From Promethearchaeota archaeon (lineage in GTDB: Archaea > Asgardarchaeota > Lokiarchaeia > Sigyniarchaeales > Promethearchaeaceae), in assembly GCA_016933055.1 (NCBI GenBank), contig JAFGBS010000028.1, positions 270,001 through 302,000 of the forward strand: a DNA stretch of 32,000 bases, read 5' to 3'. Below are positions 1 to 9,471 of the stretch, in pieces. Below the pieces are notes generated by a model. That model did no database searches. It saw nothing but the letters and a program-made list of their open reading frames with translations, and was not told the DNA's origin. Position 1 is the stretch's first letter; each line of letters starts with the position of its first letter. The position numbers and the translations under genes were made by a program.

Positions 1-1
1 A

Positions 2-571
2 TTAATTTTTCTCAATGAGAAAGCAGAAAATTTCGTTTTTATCATCAATGATATACTGATATGATACGGATAAGCTATTTAATATACTTCTAGGGTGGAC
101 AGCAGGGGGATGATATGGTGAATTTTTGCTTATTTGCTCAATTCGTTTTTTCGTATAGTCAAATAATATTATTTTACCCTCTTGAGTTAGGACTCTTAAT
201 ATTTCGTTAAAAACTCGATCTTTGTCTGGTATATGGTGTAAGCTTCCTAATAAGAAAACATAATCAAAATTTCCATCAGAAAAATCCAATTTCTGTGCAT
301 CTATACGCTGATAATTGATTTTTTCAAATACACCTGCAATTTTTGCGTTATTCTCCCATTCTGCCCACTTATTTGGTTCCCCAGTAATTACGTTATATCC
401 ATGGAGTGCGAGTAATATAGCCATTTTGCCCCATCCTGTTCCTATATCTAAAATTCTCGAATCATGGGGCATATTTAATGATTGAATAATCTTTGAAATG
501 AAATCTGAATCTAAAACAATTTTGTCTCCCAATTTATTTAATATAGATAACTGCATAAGGACGAAATACAA
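2..571 (-). CDS. Class I SAM-dependent methyltransferase
   Basis: Motif I ILDIGTGWG, motif II IDAQKLDFSDGNFDYV, and LHHI. Stop TAA is at 2-4. The true start may lie downstream of 571. Confidence 0.88.
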   Translation of the reverse strand: MYFVLMQLSILNKLGDKIVLDSDFISKIIQSLNMPHDSRILDIGTGWGKMAILLALHGYNVITGEPNKWAEWENNAKIAGVFEKINYQRIDAQKLDFSDGNFDYVFLLGSLHHIPDKDRVFNEILRVLTQEGKIILFDYTKKRIEQISKNSPYHPPAVHPRSILNSLSVSYQYIIDDKNEIFCFLIEKN

Positions 572-621
572 AGAAATAACAAAAATCGTTGTATTAAGAA
601 AAAAAAGAAGAATTTAGGAAA

Positions 622-1701
622 TTATTGAACTTTATAAGCATCCTCTAGAATCGAAAGATGTTCTACTAAGACCATGTCATTTTTAACTTTATCATTGTAG
701 TCTTGTCTTATGACATTCAAGATATATTCTGGAAAAATCCTCTTAATGCAAATGTCCGATTTTAAAGCATAATACTCGTTACCTGCTGGATCTTGCATTA
801 CAGATAAGAAATTTGCGTCCCATAGGTTCTTCAAAACCATTTCCAAGTCCTCAACCCCTTTCTTCTGAAGTTTTTCCAGATCATCGCGAGTAACAATGGC
901 TTGCCTCATTAATTTTACAGCCTCATAGGTTTGAGGATCTAAGAGCGTTTCGACCATCACTAAATTATCCTCTTCGGTAGGATTGTATGATTCGAAAAGG
1001 GTCTTGCATTCGGTCAAATAGTCCTCGGTAAGTTCAATGGGTAGTCCTCTCGCATTGGGATTTTTTAATAGGGTCACTACAGGTTGTCTGTATATCATAA
1101 TATCACCACTGAGAAAGAGTGTTTCTACAGCAAGTTGCTTAACTGATATCTGCTTGACAATCCCAATTTTTACAAAATTTGATACTACGCTTTCAATATC
1201 GATAAATCCAGTTTTATACAGATCTTTCAACCACACAGCTACCTCGGAACGTGCCACTGATCCCTCTTCCCGCAATCTCTGGATTAATACTCGTTTTGTT
1301 TCATCGAAATACAGCATCATTAAGCGCTGTTCTTCATCCAATTTGGGATAAATGGATACACGTTGAAATAACGAGGGAAGTATTTGCCTATACGCCTCTC
1401 CATCCATATTCTGTACGACAACTCGGCATACGTCTGCTAAACCGTCCTCAAAAGTGTCAGGATCCTCATCTACTGTTAATACAAGGATCACATAAAGACT
1501 ATGATCTGGACCGCTAAAATAACTTGCAATAGTAGACGCTCCTGCCATAAGACTGATCATACCTGCTTCTTGATTGTATTCGTGGGTACTATAAACTTGC
1601 ATTAAAGTCTTATCTGTAACTAAAAGTTCTTCCGGATATTTCGCTAGTGTTTCTGCACCAATTCTTTCATCCCATCTCATCAATACGATTCCAATAGGCA
1701 T
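622..1701 (-). CDS. Conserved Asgard-type protein: N-terminal longin/uDENN-like domain plus two predicted winged-helix domains
   Basis: The N-terminus MPIGIVLMRWDERIGAETLAKYP fits the beta-hairpin [F/W]DxxxGxxxxxxxP pattern of longin/uDENN domains and is followed by an alpha-beta-beta-beta-alpha-alpha pattern. Two HTH+wing segments follow (EGSVARSEV...VKIGIVKQ; IVTRDDLE...WDANFLSV). RBS GGAGGT and a TAATG overlap with the upstream gene. Confidence 0.7.
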   Translation of the reverse strand: MPIGIVLMRWDERIGAETLAKYPEELLVTDKTLMQVYSTHEYNQEAGMISLMAGASTIASYFSGPDHSLYVILVLTVDEDPDTFEDGLADVCRVVVQNMDGEAYRQILPSLFQRVSIYPKLDEEQRLMMLYFDETKRVLIQRLREEGSVARSEVAVWLKDLYKTGFIDIESVVSNFVKIGIVKQISVKQLAVETLFLSGDIMIYRQPVVTLLKNPNARGLPIELTEDYLTECKTLFESYNPTEEDNLVMVETLLDPQTYEAVKLMRQAIVTRDDLEKLQKKGVEDLEMVLKNLWDANFLSVMQDPAGNEYYALKSDICIKRIFPEYILNVIRQDYNDKVKNDMVLVEHLSILEDAYKVQ

Positions 1702-4700
1702 TATTCATTACCTCCTTCGAGTTTTTCAGAATCCATATATGATTCTGAGGATTTGGATTTACCCTTGCCTTTCCCGATTTTCTTATCTTTAAGAGATAGC
1801 CCTAATAAGGAAAAAGCACCTTCTGCATTGTCTGCAATCAATTCATCCATGGATCGGGTGATTTTGGTTTGTGTAAATCGAGATTTCTTCTTAATAGATT
1901 TCTTTGTAGCAGTAATCTGCTTAATTATCCATGGAATTCGTGCATATTGGATTCCTTTGGTTATGGCAAATGCTCCCAAAGCAAGTACCGCTACACCCCC
2001 CCCAATCAACCAATAAATTAAGGGAATATTAAACGGTCCTAGTGGTGGACGAATTTGGATTGTTATTGGAATTGGATTTATGGTATAATTTTCATTGACG
2101 GTGATTGATATTTGTGCCGAGAATAACTTATCAAATGCTAGGGTTTGATATGCATTCGTATCCACAATGTGATAATATGTACCCGTTGAATCTATTTCAA
2201 TCATATTGTATGTATTTCCATCGTATGTTATTGTCACAGTTGCTCCAGAAATAACGGTATTGTATACGGGATCGTTTATTTTAAGGGTAATATTGATAAG
2301 ATCTCCCTTAGGCGCAGTGAAAATTGCACCGGAAATTTCCTCCTCTAATTCAATAGGAATTTGAAGAATGGATATACTGATTGCTGATTGTCTCTCTATA
2401 TAATTATTCGCACCGATTCTTACAACAAGACTATAGGTACCAACTTCTAGAATGGATGTATCAAAATTCTTTAACGAGTACACTCCGGGTGTTGCAGTTT
2501 CAATTAAGCTTCCTGTTGTGAAGCTTATCGGAGATCCCTGGGAATCAAATTGTTGTAATTCCCAATCCAAAGTATCAGCATCAGTTATTCCTAATCCACT
2601 CCCTGTAGTATAAGTAAAGAAATACGAATGGGACGTAGTCACATAGATATCAAACGTTTTTTGCAAGAATATGGTTTGATTTAATTCTGTATAGATATCT
2701 CGAATTTTTAGATCGATGTCAATTGTAGGGGTAGTATAATCGTCACGTTCTCCCCGCAAGTTCAGTATATAGCTACCTGTATTCCCAAATAAGCTAGAAT
2801 TTATATTTAATTCATAATAATTTCCGACGGGTGTTAAGGTTCCGGCTATAGAGGGTCGTTTAGCAATTCCATAATTAACGGTTCCATCGGTTATCAATTG
2901 ATTATAATATGTATCGTTAAGTTGCACAGAGAATGTTATATTTTCCCCCCAATTTACTTCGATATCTGTTGTAGTTGCAAGAATTTCAAGCGGTACTGGT
3001 TTTAATGTTAACAAGGTTGCATTCATTATAGGAGTATAACCCGGTCTCGTTGCAGTCACGTAGATGTTTAAAGGAGTGTCCCCTGGCAACCCAAGAGCTT
3101 GAGAATCGATTGTTATCCCATAATATCCATCTGGGCCATCCGGACTAAGAGGTCCATCAATTATGTAACCTGGTATAGTATAAGTAACTGTTGCTCCTGA
3201 TATAGCATAAGGAACATCACTGACTTGGTAGAAATAATATACATCTAAGTCAAAAGATTCTCCCCATGTGTAGGATGTCATCGTTAATCCAGACTCCATT
3301 AGCAGGCTTGTTGAGAAGTCTTGTATTTGTACTTTTGCAACTAAACTGGTATAGTTCTCTAATGGTGTAGTATGGTTATCTTCAAAAATCCCAGTAACAT
3401 TGATCTGCTTTAAGTCTCCAAGGAAAGTGACTTCAAATGTATAATTTAAGACACTTGGGGATTGATTTAGCCAGTAAAAGGATGCAATACCAGAACTATC
3501 AGAAAAGATATCGCCTACTACTTCTGAGGATACAGAATCATTCGTATAAAACGTAACTTTCGCCCCAATTATAGATTCTGGATGAACACCAGTGCTTTGT
3601 AGATTCAGATCCAAGCGAGTTAATCCCAATTCGTCAATAGTTATTGAACGAGAAGAATTTAAGGGAGTAATATCGACAGTTTTCAATTCAATAGGGCCTT
3701 TTCCAAATGCTTCATAGGTCACATTAACTGTATAATCCGATTCTTTTAGCCGCTCAAAATATACCTTACCATTCTCATCTGATAAAGCGTTTGGAGATTC
3801 AGGATTGTCCCATACTCCCGGATCCGAAGTGTTTACGAGAGAAATATTTACTCCTGAAGCAAAATACCCATCATGATCCAAACACGTGATCTCGAGATTG
3901 AAGAATAAATCTTCTTCAGTTCCCATGGATACACTCAAAGGATTCATCAAACTATTATATACACCATCCACATAGGCTAAAGCACCCACATAATCATCAA
4001 TGGATCCGATATCATCATCCAAAAACTCCCAAAAGGTCATAGTTATTGTATAATCTGAAGGATGAGGTCCATCATTATTATCAAGATTGGTTTCATTTCC
4101 CGGAACAATATTTACAAGACTCGGACTTCCGGGTATATAGAAGCTAGTCCAATTGATTTCATCTAGCTGAATATAGGCGTTACCGGCCTCCAATTCCGTC
4201 AAGAATAATCCAATTGTAGTTAAGCGATTTCCTCCATCGAAATCTCGGATCAATGTGTAATCGTGAGATGTTATTTGATTAGTCAATCCAAATGTTCTTT
4301 GATTATCGTAAAGATATTCATCAAAATTAGTTGCAGTATAGTAAGTGTTGATTGCAGAGAAGGAAGAATTATCAGGACTCACATGGTATTGCTCCCAATA
4401 AAATGTTCGCTCACATTTCCACATATTTAATTTTTCATAAAACGTTACTACATCAGTTACTTCCATGTCTTGACTTGGAGTCCATGTTAATTCAAATTGA
4501 CTATAGATCGGTCCCGACTGGATTAGTGCAACATTAGAGATGACCGATTGTGGTATTAATGAAAGAGTAATGTTCGTTATGGCATTTGTTCCATCCGTAA
4601 AATACCTCAAGACATTATCAGTTGAAAATCTTAGGGTGAATGACCAATCACCTCCAGCTTCTTCGCAAAATACAATAAAGGAATGCCATCCTTGTGTCAT

Positions 4701-5807
4701 ATTAAAAGGTGCGCTAACCCATCTATCTCGACTACCTAATGAATTTAGAGTATGATGATACATTAATCGAGGATATTCATGGTCCATAATCACTCCGACT
4801 CCATCATCTGCTGCCACCTTCAAATAAATATCGACAAAATCACTTGGAGCATATACATAGACCATAGCATATGCTGTTCTCCGGTCCCCACCATATATTG
4901 CATTAAAATCAATCCGATAATCTGCATCATTATGAATTTCCCACTGTTTTGTGGGGTCTAACCCAATAGTTGCATTTCCACCGGTAGCATAATCACCGTC
5001 TACATAATCTTTGGTAAGATCCAAATGAGCCGTATTAGTTACGGAAGCATATTCAGTCCATGTGGAAGGTTCAGTAAAGGGACCTACGATTAACCAATCA
5101 GTAATAAAACCGCGGGAATCAGTTGTATACGTGGTTGATCCAAGTTCGAGAACGGTACTCAGAGGCATGAAAGAGTTTTCCGTATGGTAATTGACATCTT
5201 TATATTCAAAATTATAGATTGCTGAATCTTCTGCAAACTCTATTTCGTAATGTCCATTATCCACATTTACAGTAGTCCCATCATATGCAGTAACTAGCGA
5301 AGATATAGGCGAATACACAGAAATTCCAGGATCATCCGAATAGTATACATAATAATCGATAGCCGCATTCAGATTGATAGTAACCAAAAAAGTTATGGTA
5401 AAACTCTGAATATAGGTACCATCGTCTGTAACATTACTCAATTGGAAAGAGGTAAGTGTCCAAGTACCTAAGGAATATTTTAATAAGCGAGTGGAATTTA
5501 TCAGATGGGTACCATCTTTAAATTCAAGATAGACTTCAACGGGTTCGTTTGTTCTTTGATATATATTGGGTTCTTGTATTGATACAAGTAAACGGTGAGT
5601 GTAACTTTCATTCCACCATGTTGATGCCGTATCAGATGCAGATGGGACTAAAGGAGGAATATCATTACTAAACAAGGAATTCCCATCGGATCCAACGGAA
5701 TCAAATGTTGTAGAATTCAAATTTGGGTGTAGAGTTACCGTAACGAATAGAATTTGCCCAAAGAACAACAATATCAACGCATATGAAGTATATTGTTTTC
5801 TTTTCAT
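1701..5807 (-). CDS. Large secreted, C-terminally membrane-anchored surface glycoprotein (DUF2341-like, PA14-like and Ig-like repeat domains, basic cytoplasmic tail)
   Basis: 1368 aa. N-terminal hydrophobic signal, WWNESYTHR DUF2341-like start, PA14-like block (GFITDWLIVGPF...AADDG...GWHSFIV), repeated GATVT/DGTVN beta modules, many NxS/T sequons, a TM helix (LIYWLIGGGVAVLALGAFAI) and a Lys-rich tail of about 80 aa. Confidence 0.85.
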   Translation of the reverse strand: MKRKQYTSYALILLFFGQILFVTVTLHPNLNSTTFDSVGSDGNSLFSNDIPPLVPSASDTASTWWNESYTHRLLVSIQEPNIYQRTNEPVEVYLEFKDGTHLINSTRLLKYSLGTWTLTSFQLSNVTDDGTYIQSFTITFLVTINLNAAIDYYVYYSDDPGISVYSPISSLVTAYDGTTVNVDNGHYEIEFAEDSAIYNFEYKDVNYHTENSFMPLSTVLELGSTTYTTDSRGFITDWLIVGPFTEPSTWTEYASVTNTAHLDLTKDYVDGDYATGGNATIGLDPTKQWEIHNDADYRIDFNAIYGGDRRTAYAMVYVYAPSDFVDIYLKVAADDGVGVIMDHEYPRLMYHHTLNSLGSRDRWVSAPFNMTQGWHSFIVFCEEAGGDWSFTLRFSTDNVLRYFTDGTNAITNITLSLIPQSVISNVALIQSGPIYSQFELTWTPSQDMEVTDVVTFYEKLNMWKCERTFYWEQYHVSPDNSSFSAINTYYTATNFDEYLYDNQRTFGLTNQITSHDYTLIRDFDGGNRLTTIGLFLTELEAGNAYIQLDEINWTSFYIPGSPSLVNIVPGNETNLDNNDGPHPSDYTITMTFWEFLDDDIGSIDDYVGALAYVDGVYNSLMNPLSVSMGTEEDLFFNLEITCLDHDGYFASGVNISLVNTSDPGVWDNPESPNALSDENGKVYFERLKESDYTVNVTYEAFGKGPIELKTVDITPLNSSRSITIDELGLTRLDLNLQSTGVHPESIIGAKVTFYTNDSVSSEVVGDIFSDSSGIASFYWLNQSPSVLNYTFEVTFLGDLKQINVTGIFEDNHTTPLENYTSLVAKVQIQDFSTSLLMESGLTMTSYTWGESFDLDVYYFYQVSDVPYAISGATVTYTIPGYIIDGPLSPDGPDGYYGITIDSQALGLPGDTPLNIYVTATRPGYTPIMNATLLTLKPVPLEILATTTDIEVNWGENITFSVQLNDTYYNQLITDGTVNYGIAKRPSIAGTLTPVGNYYELNINSSLFGNTGSYILNLRGERDDYTTPTIDIDLKIRDIYTELNQTIFLQKTFDIYVTTSHSYFFTYTTGSGLGITDADTLDWELQQFDSQGSPISFTTGSLIETATPGVYSLKNFDTSILEVGTYSLVVRIGANNYIERQSAISISILQIPIELEEEISGAIFTAPKGDLINITLKINDPVYNTVISGATVTITYDGNTYNMIEIDSTGTYYHIVDTNAYQTLAFDKLFSAQISITVNENYTINPIPITIQIRPPLGPFNIPLIYWLIGGGVAVLALGAFAITKGIQYARIPWIIKQITATKKSIKKKSRFTQTKITRSMDELIADNAEGAFSLLGLSLKDKKIGKGKGKSKSSESYMDSEKLEGGNE

Positions 5808-5968
5808 GTTTGTTCACTTTAAAAATAGCTCGTTTAATGAAACTAATGAATTACTTGTTTTTTCACCTAAATTTTTTTGTACCTTTTATAGTTCTCGAAA
5901 TTATTAAGAATGAAATTAACATAATTAATTTACAGTTGTGCGGGAACAACAGTAAATGTGAAAAACAG

Positions 5969-6874
5969 ATGATAAGAAAAGCACAAGTTGCTGGAGGCTT
6001 TTATCCGTTTTCTGAAACTAAGTTAATTCGATCTATTGAGGAAAGTTTTTCTGATCCCCTTTTTGGACCAGGAAATTTAGTTATTAATTTTAATCCTCCC
6101 GAAATGAGAAACGTGATTGGGGGAATTTGCCCCCACGCAGGTTATATATATAGCGGAGCTGCAACAGCACATACTATCAAAGCCATATTCGAGGATAAAT
6201 GTCCAGACACGATCATTATTTTGGGTACTTCTCATACGGGGTATCGAGGGATTGCTCTTATGAAAGCAGGAAAATGGGAAACTCCATTAGGGTTAGTTAG
6301 TATTGATACAAAACTCGCAGAAACTATTCTTTCCCATTCAGAATACCTGAAAGAAGATAACAGCGCGTTTTTTGGCTATCACGCTCGTGAACATAATATC
6401 GAGGTACAAATTCCGTTTTTGCAATATGCTGCTGGTAAATATAATAAAAGTATTGAAATAATTCCAATTAAAGTAGGAGACATGAATTTAAAGCATTTGG
6501 AGCAATTGGGAAAAGAACTTGGACAAAAAATAGCTCAAAGCGAAAAAAATGCCGTAATACTTTCTTCTAGCGATATGACTCACAAACAACCAAATAATTA
6601 CTATCAACCCACGAAAGATCTTGAAGATATGTACCAGAAAGATAAAGCAGTATTTGATTCAGTTACGAATTATGACTGGAATGCAGTATTTGAAAATGCA
6701 ACCAAAACTTCAGTTTGTGGCCCCCAAACAATTGTCACTGGAATGATAGCATGTAAGGAGATGGGTGCTAAGCAATCTAATGTACTGAAATATTATACTT
6801 CTTATGAAAAATTGGGCGGAACGGGACCATGTGAATATTCGGTGGGATATCTTTCCGCAATATTTACGCGTTAA
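5969..6874 (+). CDS. amrB: MEMO1 family protein (AmmeMemoRadiSam system protein B)
   Basis: MIRKAQVAGGFYP start, PHAGYIYSG, GTSHT, EHNIEVQIPF, SSDMTH and CGP motifs. Start moved to ATG 5969 because the longer ORF-track start overlaps the divergent gene. Confidence 0.92.
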   Translation: MIRKAQVAGGFYPFSETKLIRSIEESFSDPLFGPGNLVINFNPPEMRNVIGGICPHAGYIYSGAATAHTIKAIFEDKCPDTIIILGTSHTGYRGIALMKAGKWETPLGLVSIDTKLAETILSHSEYLKEDNSAFFGYHAREHNIEVQIPFLQYAAGKYNKSIEIIPIKVGDMNLKHLEQLGKELGQKIAQSEKNAVILSSSDMTHKQPNNYYQPTKDLEDMYQKDKAVFDSVTNYDWNAVFENATKTSVCGPQTIVTGMIACKEMGAKQSNVLKYYTSYEKLGGTGPCEYSVGYLSAIFTR

Positions 6875-7751
6875 CATCGAGATTCGGAGGATAGGTAAAA
6901 AACTTAATCTGATTTTTCTGCCATGCATGAATAATTGTGTTAAATACCTTATTTTCGTTAACCTCCCCCCCAATTTTCAAATAACCTCGTTTAAATCCAA
7001 TCAACTGAATTAACAGCTCAAAATCAGAATATTTTCTCATTTTTTCATCAGAAATAAGATATTTTTTGATGAAATCTTCAGACTGTTCAGGAAATTTAGT
7101 CTTTATATACCCAAGATCAATACCAAAATGTTCTAATAATTTACTAGGAGTCACATATAGTTCTATTAATGACTGCACTACCGCTTCCTTGTCAATAATC
7201 TTTTCTGGATTTATTACTCCTTTTACTGCTTGTTCTACTTCACTATCTTCAGATATAGGGATAATTCCCGGGGTGTCAAATAGACTTAAATGTTGAGAAA
7301 TTTTAATTTCCATTATTCCTCGAGTATAACCTGCACGAGAGGATATTCCTATTTTTTTTTTTTCGCGACTTAATGCTTGGATTAAAGATGATTTACCAGT
7401 ATTTGGATACCCGATGATAATAGCTTTTGTTTGTTTTTTGGAAAAAATATGCGCTAGAGATTTTTTAAATGCAATTATGCCTCGATTGTACAAAGCGCTA
7501 ACGGTATAAATATCATAAGGAGTAGTTTTTTTCAAATATTGTATCCATTCGGTCAATATAGGTCGAGGAAGCATATCTATTTTATTCAAAACAAGAAAGA
7601 TTTTCTTATCTGGTGCATTTTTTTGAATGAATTCCTCTAATGCTAAATTTCGTGTACCTAATGGATTTCGAGCGTCTAAAACTTGAAAAATTACATCCGC
7701 GTCTGATATTATCTTTGCAAAAATTTCTTTAATATGGCGTTCAGTTTTCAT
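6864..7751 (-). CDS. Circularly permuted ribosome-biogenesis GTPase (RbgA/YlqF/GNL family)
   Basis: Motif order G4 NKID, G5 VSA, G1 GYPNTGKSS, G2 T (GYTRG), G3 DTPG, plus VLDARNP. Confidence 0.92.
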   Translation of the reverse strand: MKTERHIKEIFAKIISDADVIFQVLDARNPLGTRNLALEEFIQKNAPDKKIFLVLNKIDMLPRPILTEWIQYLKKTTPYDIYTVSALYNRGIIAFKKSLAHIFSKKQTKAIIIGYPNTGKSSLIQALSREKKKIGISSRAGYTRGIMEIKISQHLSLFDTPGIIPISEDSEVEQAVKGVINPEKIIDKEAVVQSLIELYVTPSKLLEHFGIDLGYIKTKFPEQSEDFIKKYLISDEKMRKYSDFELLIQLIGFKRGYLKIGGEVNENKVFNTIIHAWQKNQIKFFTYPPNLDVNA

Positions 7752-7767
7752 GTTCGATCTTGCTTTT

Positions 7768-8379
7768 TTATTGTTTATATTTTGACTCCATTTTCTTTTT
7801 CTGGTAAAGATAAACTTCTAGTAATACGAAATATCCAATAAAAACATACCAAAATTCACTGGCAAACACGAATAAAACCAAAAACGATACAAGGGAAATA
7901 CTTATACCAATAACAAGAACCAAAGAATCCGAAAAGTATCTATCTATGGCAAAACTCGTGGGATCCATACCCGATTCCATTTGCAATTGCTTCCGCGTTT
8001 TTCCGAGATTTTTTTCATCTTCGGAGATTAATAGTGCCCATCCATAAAGTTTTTTCCCATAAAATAATCGCGTTTGCCAATCAACACAATCCAGTATTAT
8101 ATGACTACTATAAGCTAATCCTATTAACCAAATGATATGGATTTTCCAAAAATATTCTGCTAAAACCCCGATTAATATTATAATTCCTGCTGGATAAATA
8201 GAATGGGTGAAAAAGTTTCTATGGTCACGATCCAAAGCCCTCTTGAAAAAAAATGCATCTAAATCCGCTATGATTGCGGAGGAAATGATAATTAGAAAAA
8301 CCAACCAGTTCATGGGGAATAAAAAATGAGCTAAACTTGCAATTAATATTCCCACGGCATAATGGATATTTGTATGCAT
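7768..8379 (-). CDS. Membrane-bound metal-dependent hydrolase (YdjM/DUF457-like)
   Basis: N-terminal His (HYAVG), DLD, HRNFFTHS and SHIILD motifs in a multi-TM protein. Confidence 0.8.
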   Translation of the reverse strand: MHTNIHYAVGILIASLAHFLFPMNWLVFLIIISSAIIADLDAFFFKRALDRDHRNFFTHSIYPAGIIILIGVLAEYFWKIHIIWLIGLAYSSHIILDCVDWQTRLFYGKKLYGWALLISEDEKNLGKTRKQLQMESGMDPTSFAIDRYFSDSLVLVIGISISLVSFLVLFVFASEFWYVFIGYFVLLEVYLYQKKKMESKYKQ

Positions 8380-8397
8380 AGATATCTCAATATATGG

Positions 8398-9393
8398 TCA
8401 AAAAGAGTTATATTTTACCTTTTTGTGGAAGGGGGATGGAATTGTTTTCATCTTCTGTAATCTCTCATCGATTTGTTTTTTGCTGGCAAAACCATGAGGA
8501 CCTTTTTCTTCCAGCAAAAAGGATGCAGCACAGCTCGCAACATATCCGCAGCGTTTAATTTCATCCCATGTATAATCACTATTGATATATTCTGATAAAA
8601 AGGTAGCTAAATAACAGTCACCTGCTCCAGTCTCATCTGCTACTCCTCTTTCTGGGATAAAAGCGGGGATATGAATCATTTTCTCATCTCGATATTTAAT
8701 TAGGGACCCATGCGATCCCAATGTAGTACATAGAATGAAATTACCAAGTCGGGCAATATGCTTAGTACTTTGAATTACATCTATATTTTGTGCAATATAT
8801 TTAATTTCATCATCAGATGCTTTGAGAATAAGTCGTTCTCCACATTTTTCGATTATATTTTTTGTGGATTTTATTAATGAATCATCATATTCTTTTTTTA
8901 TCGTTCCATCTAAATGGAAATCTCTGATAAATCCTTGAATATCCACACCAATCCAGCCAGTTGAGTGTTCTAGTAAATCAATAATGAATTTTTCAGAAAT
9001 CTCGTTGGCAATCGAGGATATCATGAAACTACGGGAATTGGCCATAATACTTGGGAAGTGATTGTACTCAAGGGATTTTGCTCGGGATTCAAGAGTTAAG
9101 GTCCTTCCTCCCTCGGGAAAATACCGTATTTTATAATGGGTAGTGTGTTCTGAGGATTGATTTACTCCATTTAGATAAATTTCACTATTAAATATGTCCA
9201 ACCAACTTTTATCAAAGTTTTTTCCCACTTCACTAAATATGCCTATTTTTTGGTCTTGGTTATAATTATGCGCACTAAGACTCCCAAAAGTGACTCCGCC
9301 CCCTAAAGAATTTGAAAAGGTTCCATCTGCAGTGATGATCGTATCTCTAGCGAAATGTCCAATAAATATTATATCGAATCGGGAGGTCATCAT
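8398..9393 (-). CDS. PfkB/ribokinase-family carbohydrate kinase
   Basis: N-terminal GGG, TTLGSHG and the anion-hole DETGAGD motif. Confidence 0.9.
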   Translation of the reverse strand: MMTSRFDIIFIGHFARDTIITADGTFSNSLGGGVTFGSLSAHNYNQDQKIGIFSEVGKNFDKSWLDIFNSEIYLNGVNQSSEHTTHYKIRYFPEGGRTLTLESRAKSLEYNHFPSIMANSRSFMISSIANEISEKFIIDLLEHSTGWIGVDIQGFIRDFHLDGTIKKEYDDSLIKSTKNIIEKCGERLILKASDDEIKYIAQNIDVIQSTKHIARLGNFILCTTLGSHGSLIKYRDEKMIHIPAFIPERGVADETGAGDCYLATFLSEYINSDYTWDEIKRCGYVASCAASFLLEEKGPHGFASKKQIDERLQKMKTIPSPFHKKVKYNSF

Positions 9394-9471
9394 TCATGAT
9401 TATTAAAAGCAATTTTTTAAGGTAATGGAAGCATTTTTTTAGTATTCTAAACGAGTAATTAGGTTCTTGTC

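Noticed and set aside
5783-5968. N-terminal 62-aa extension of MEMO1 in the ORF track
   Set aside because: It overlaps the start of the divergent gene and reads as AT-rich promoter DNA; the family-typical start is MIRKAQVAG.
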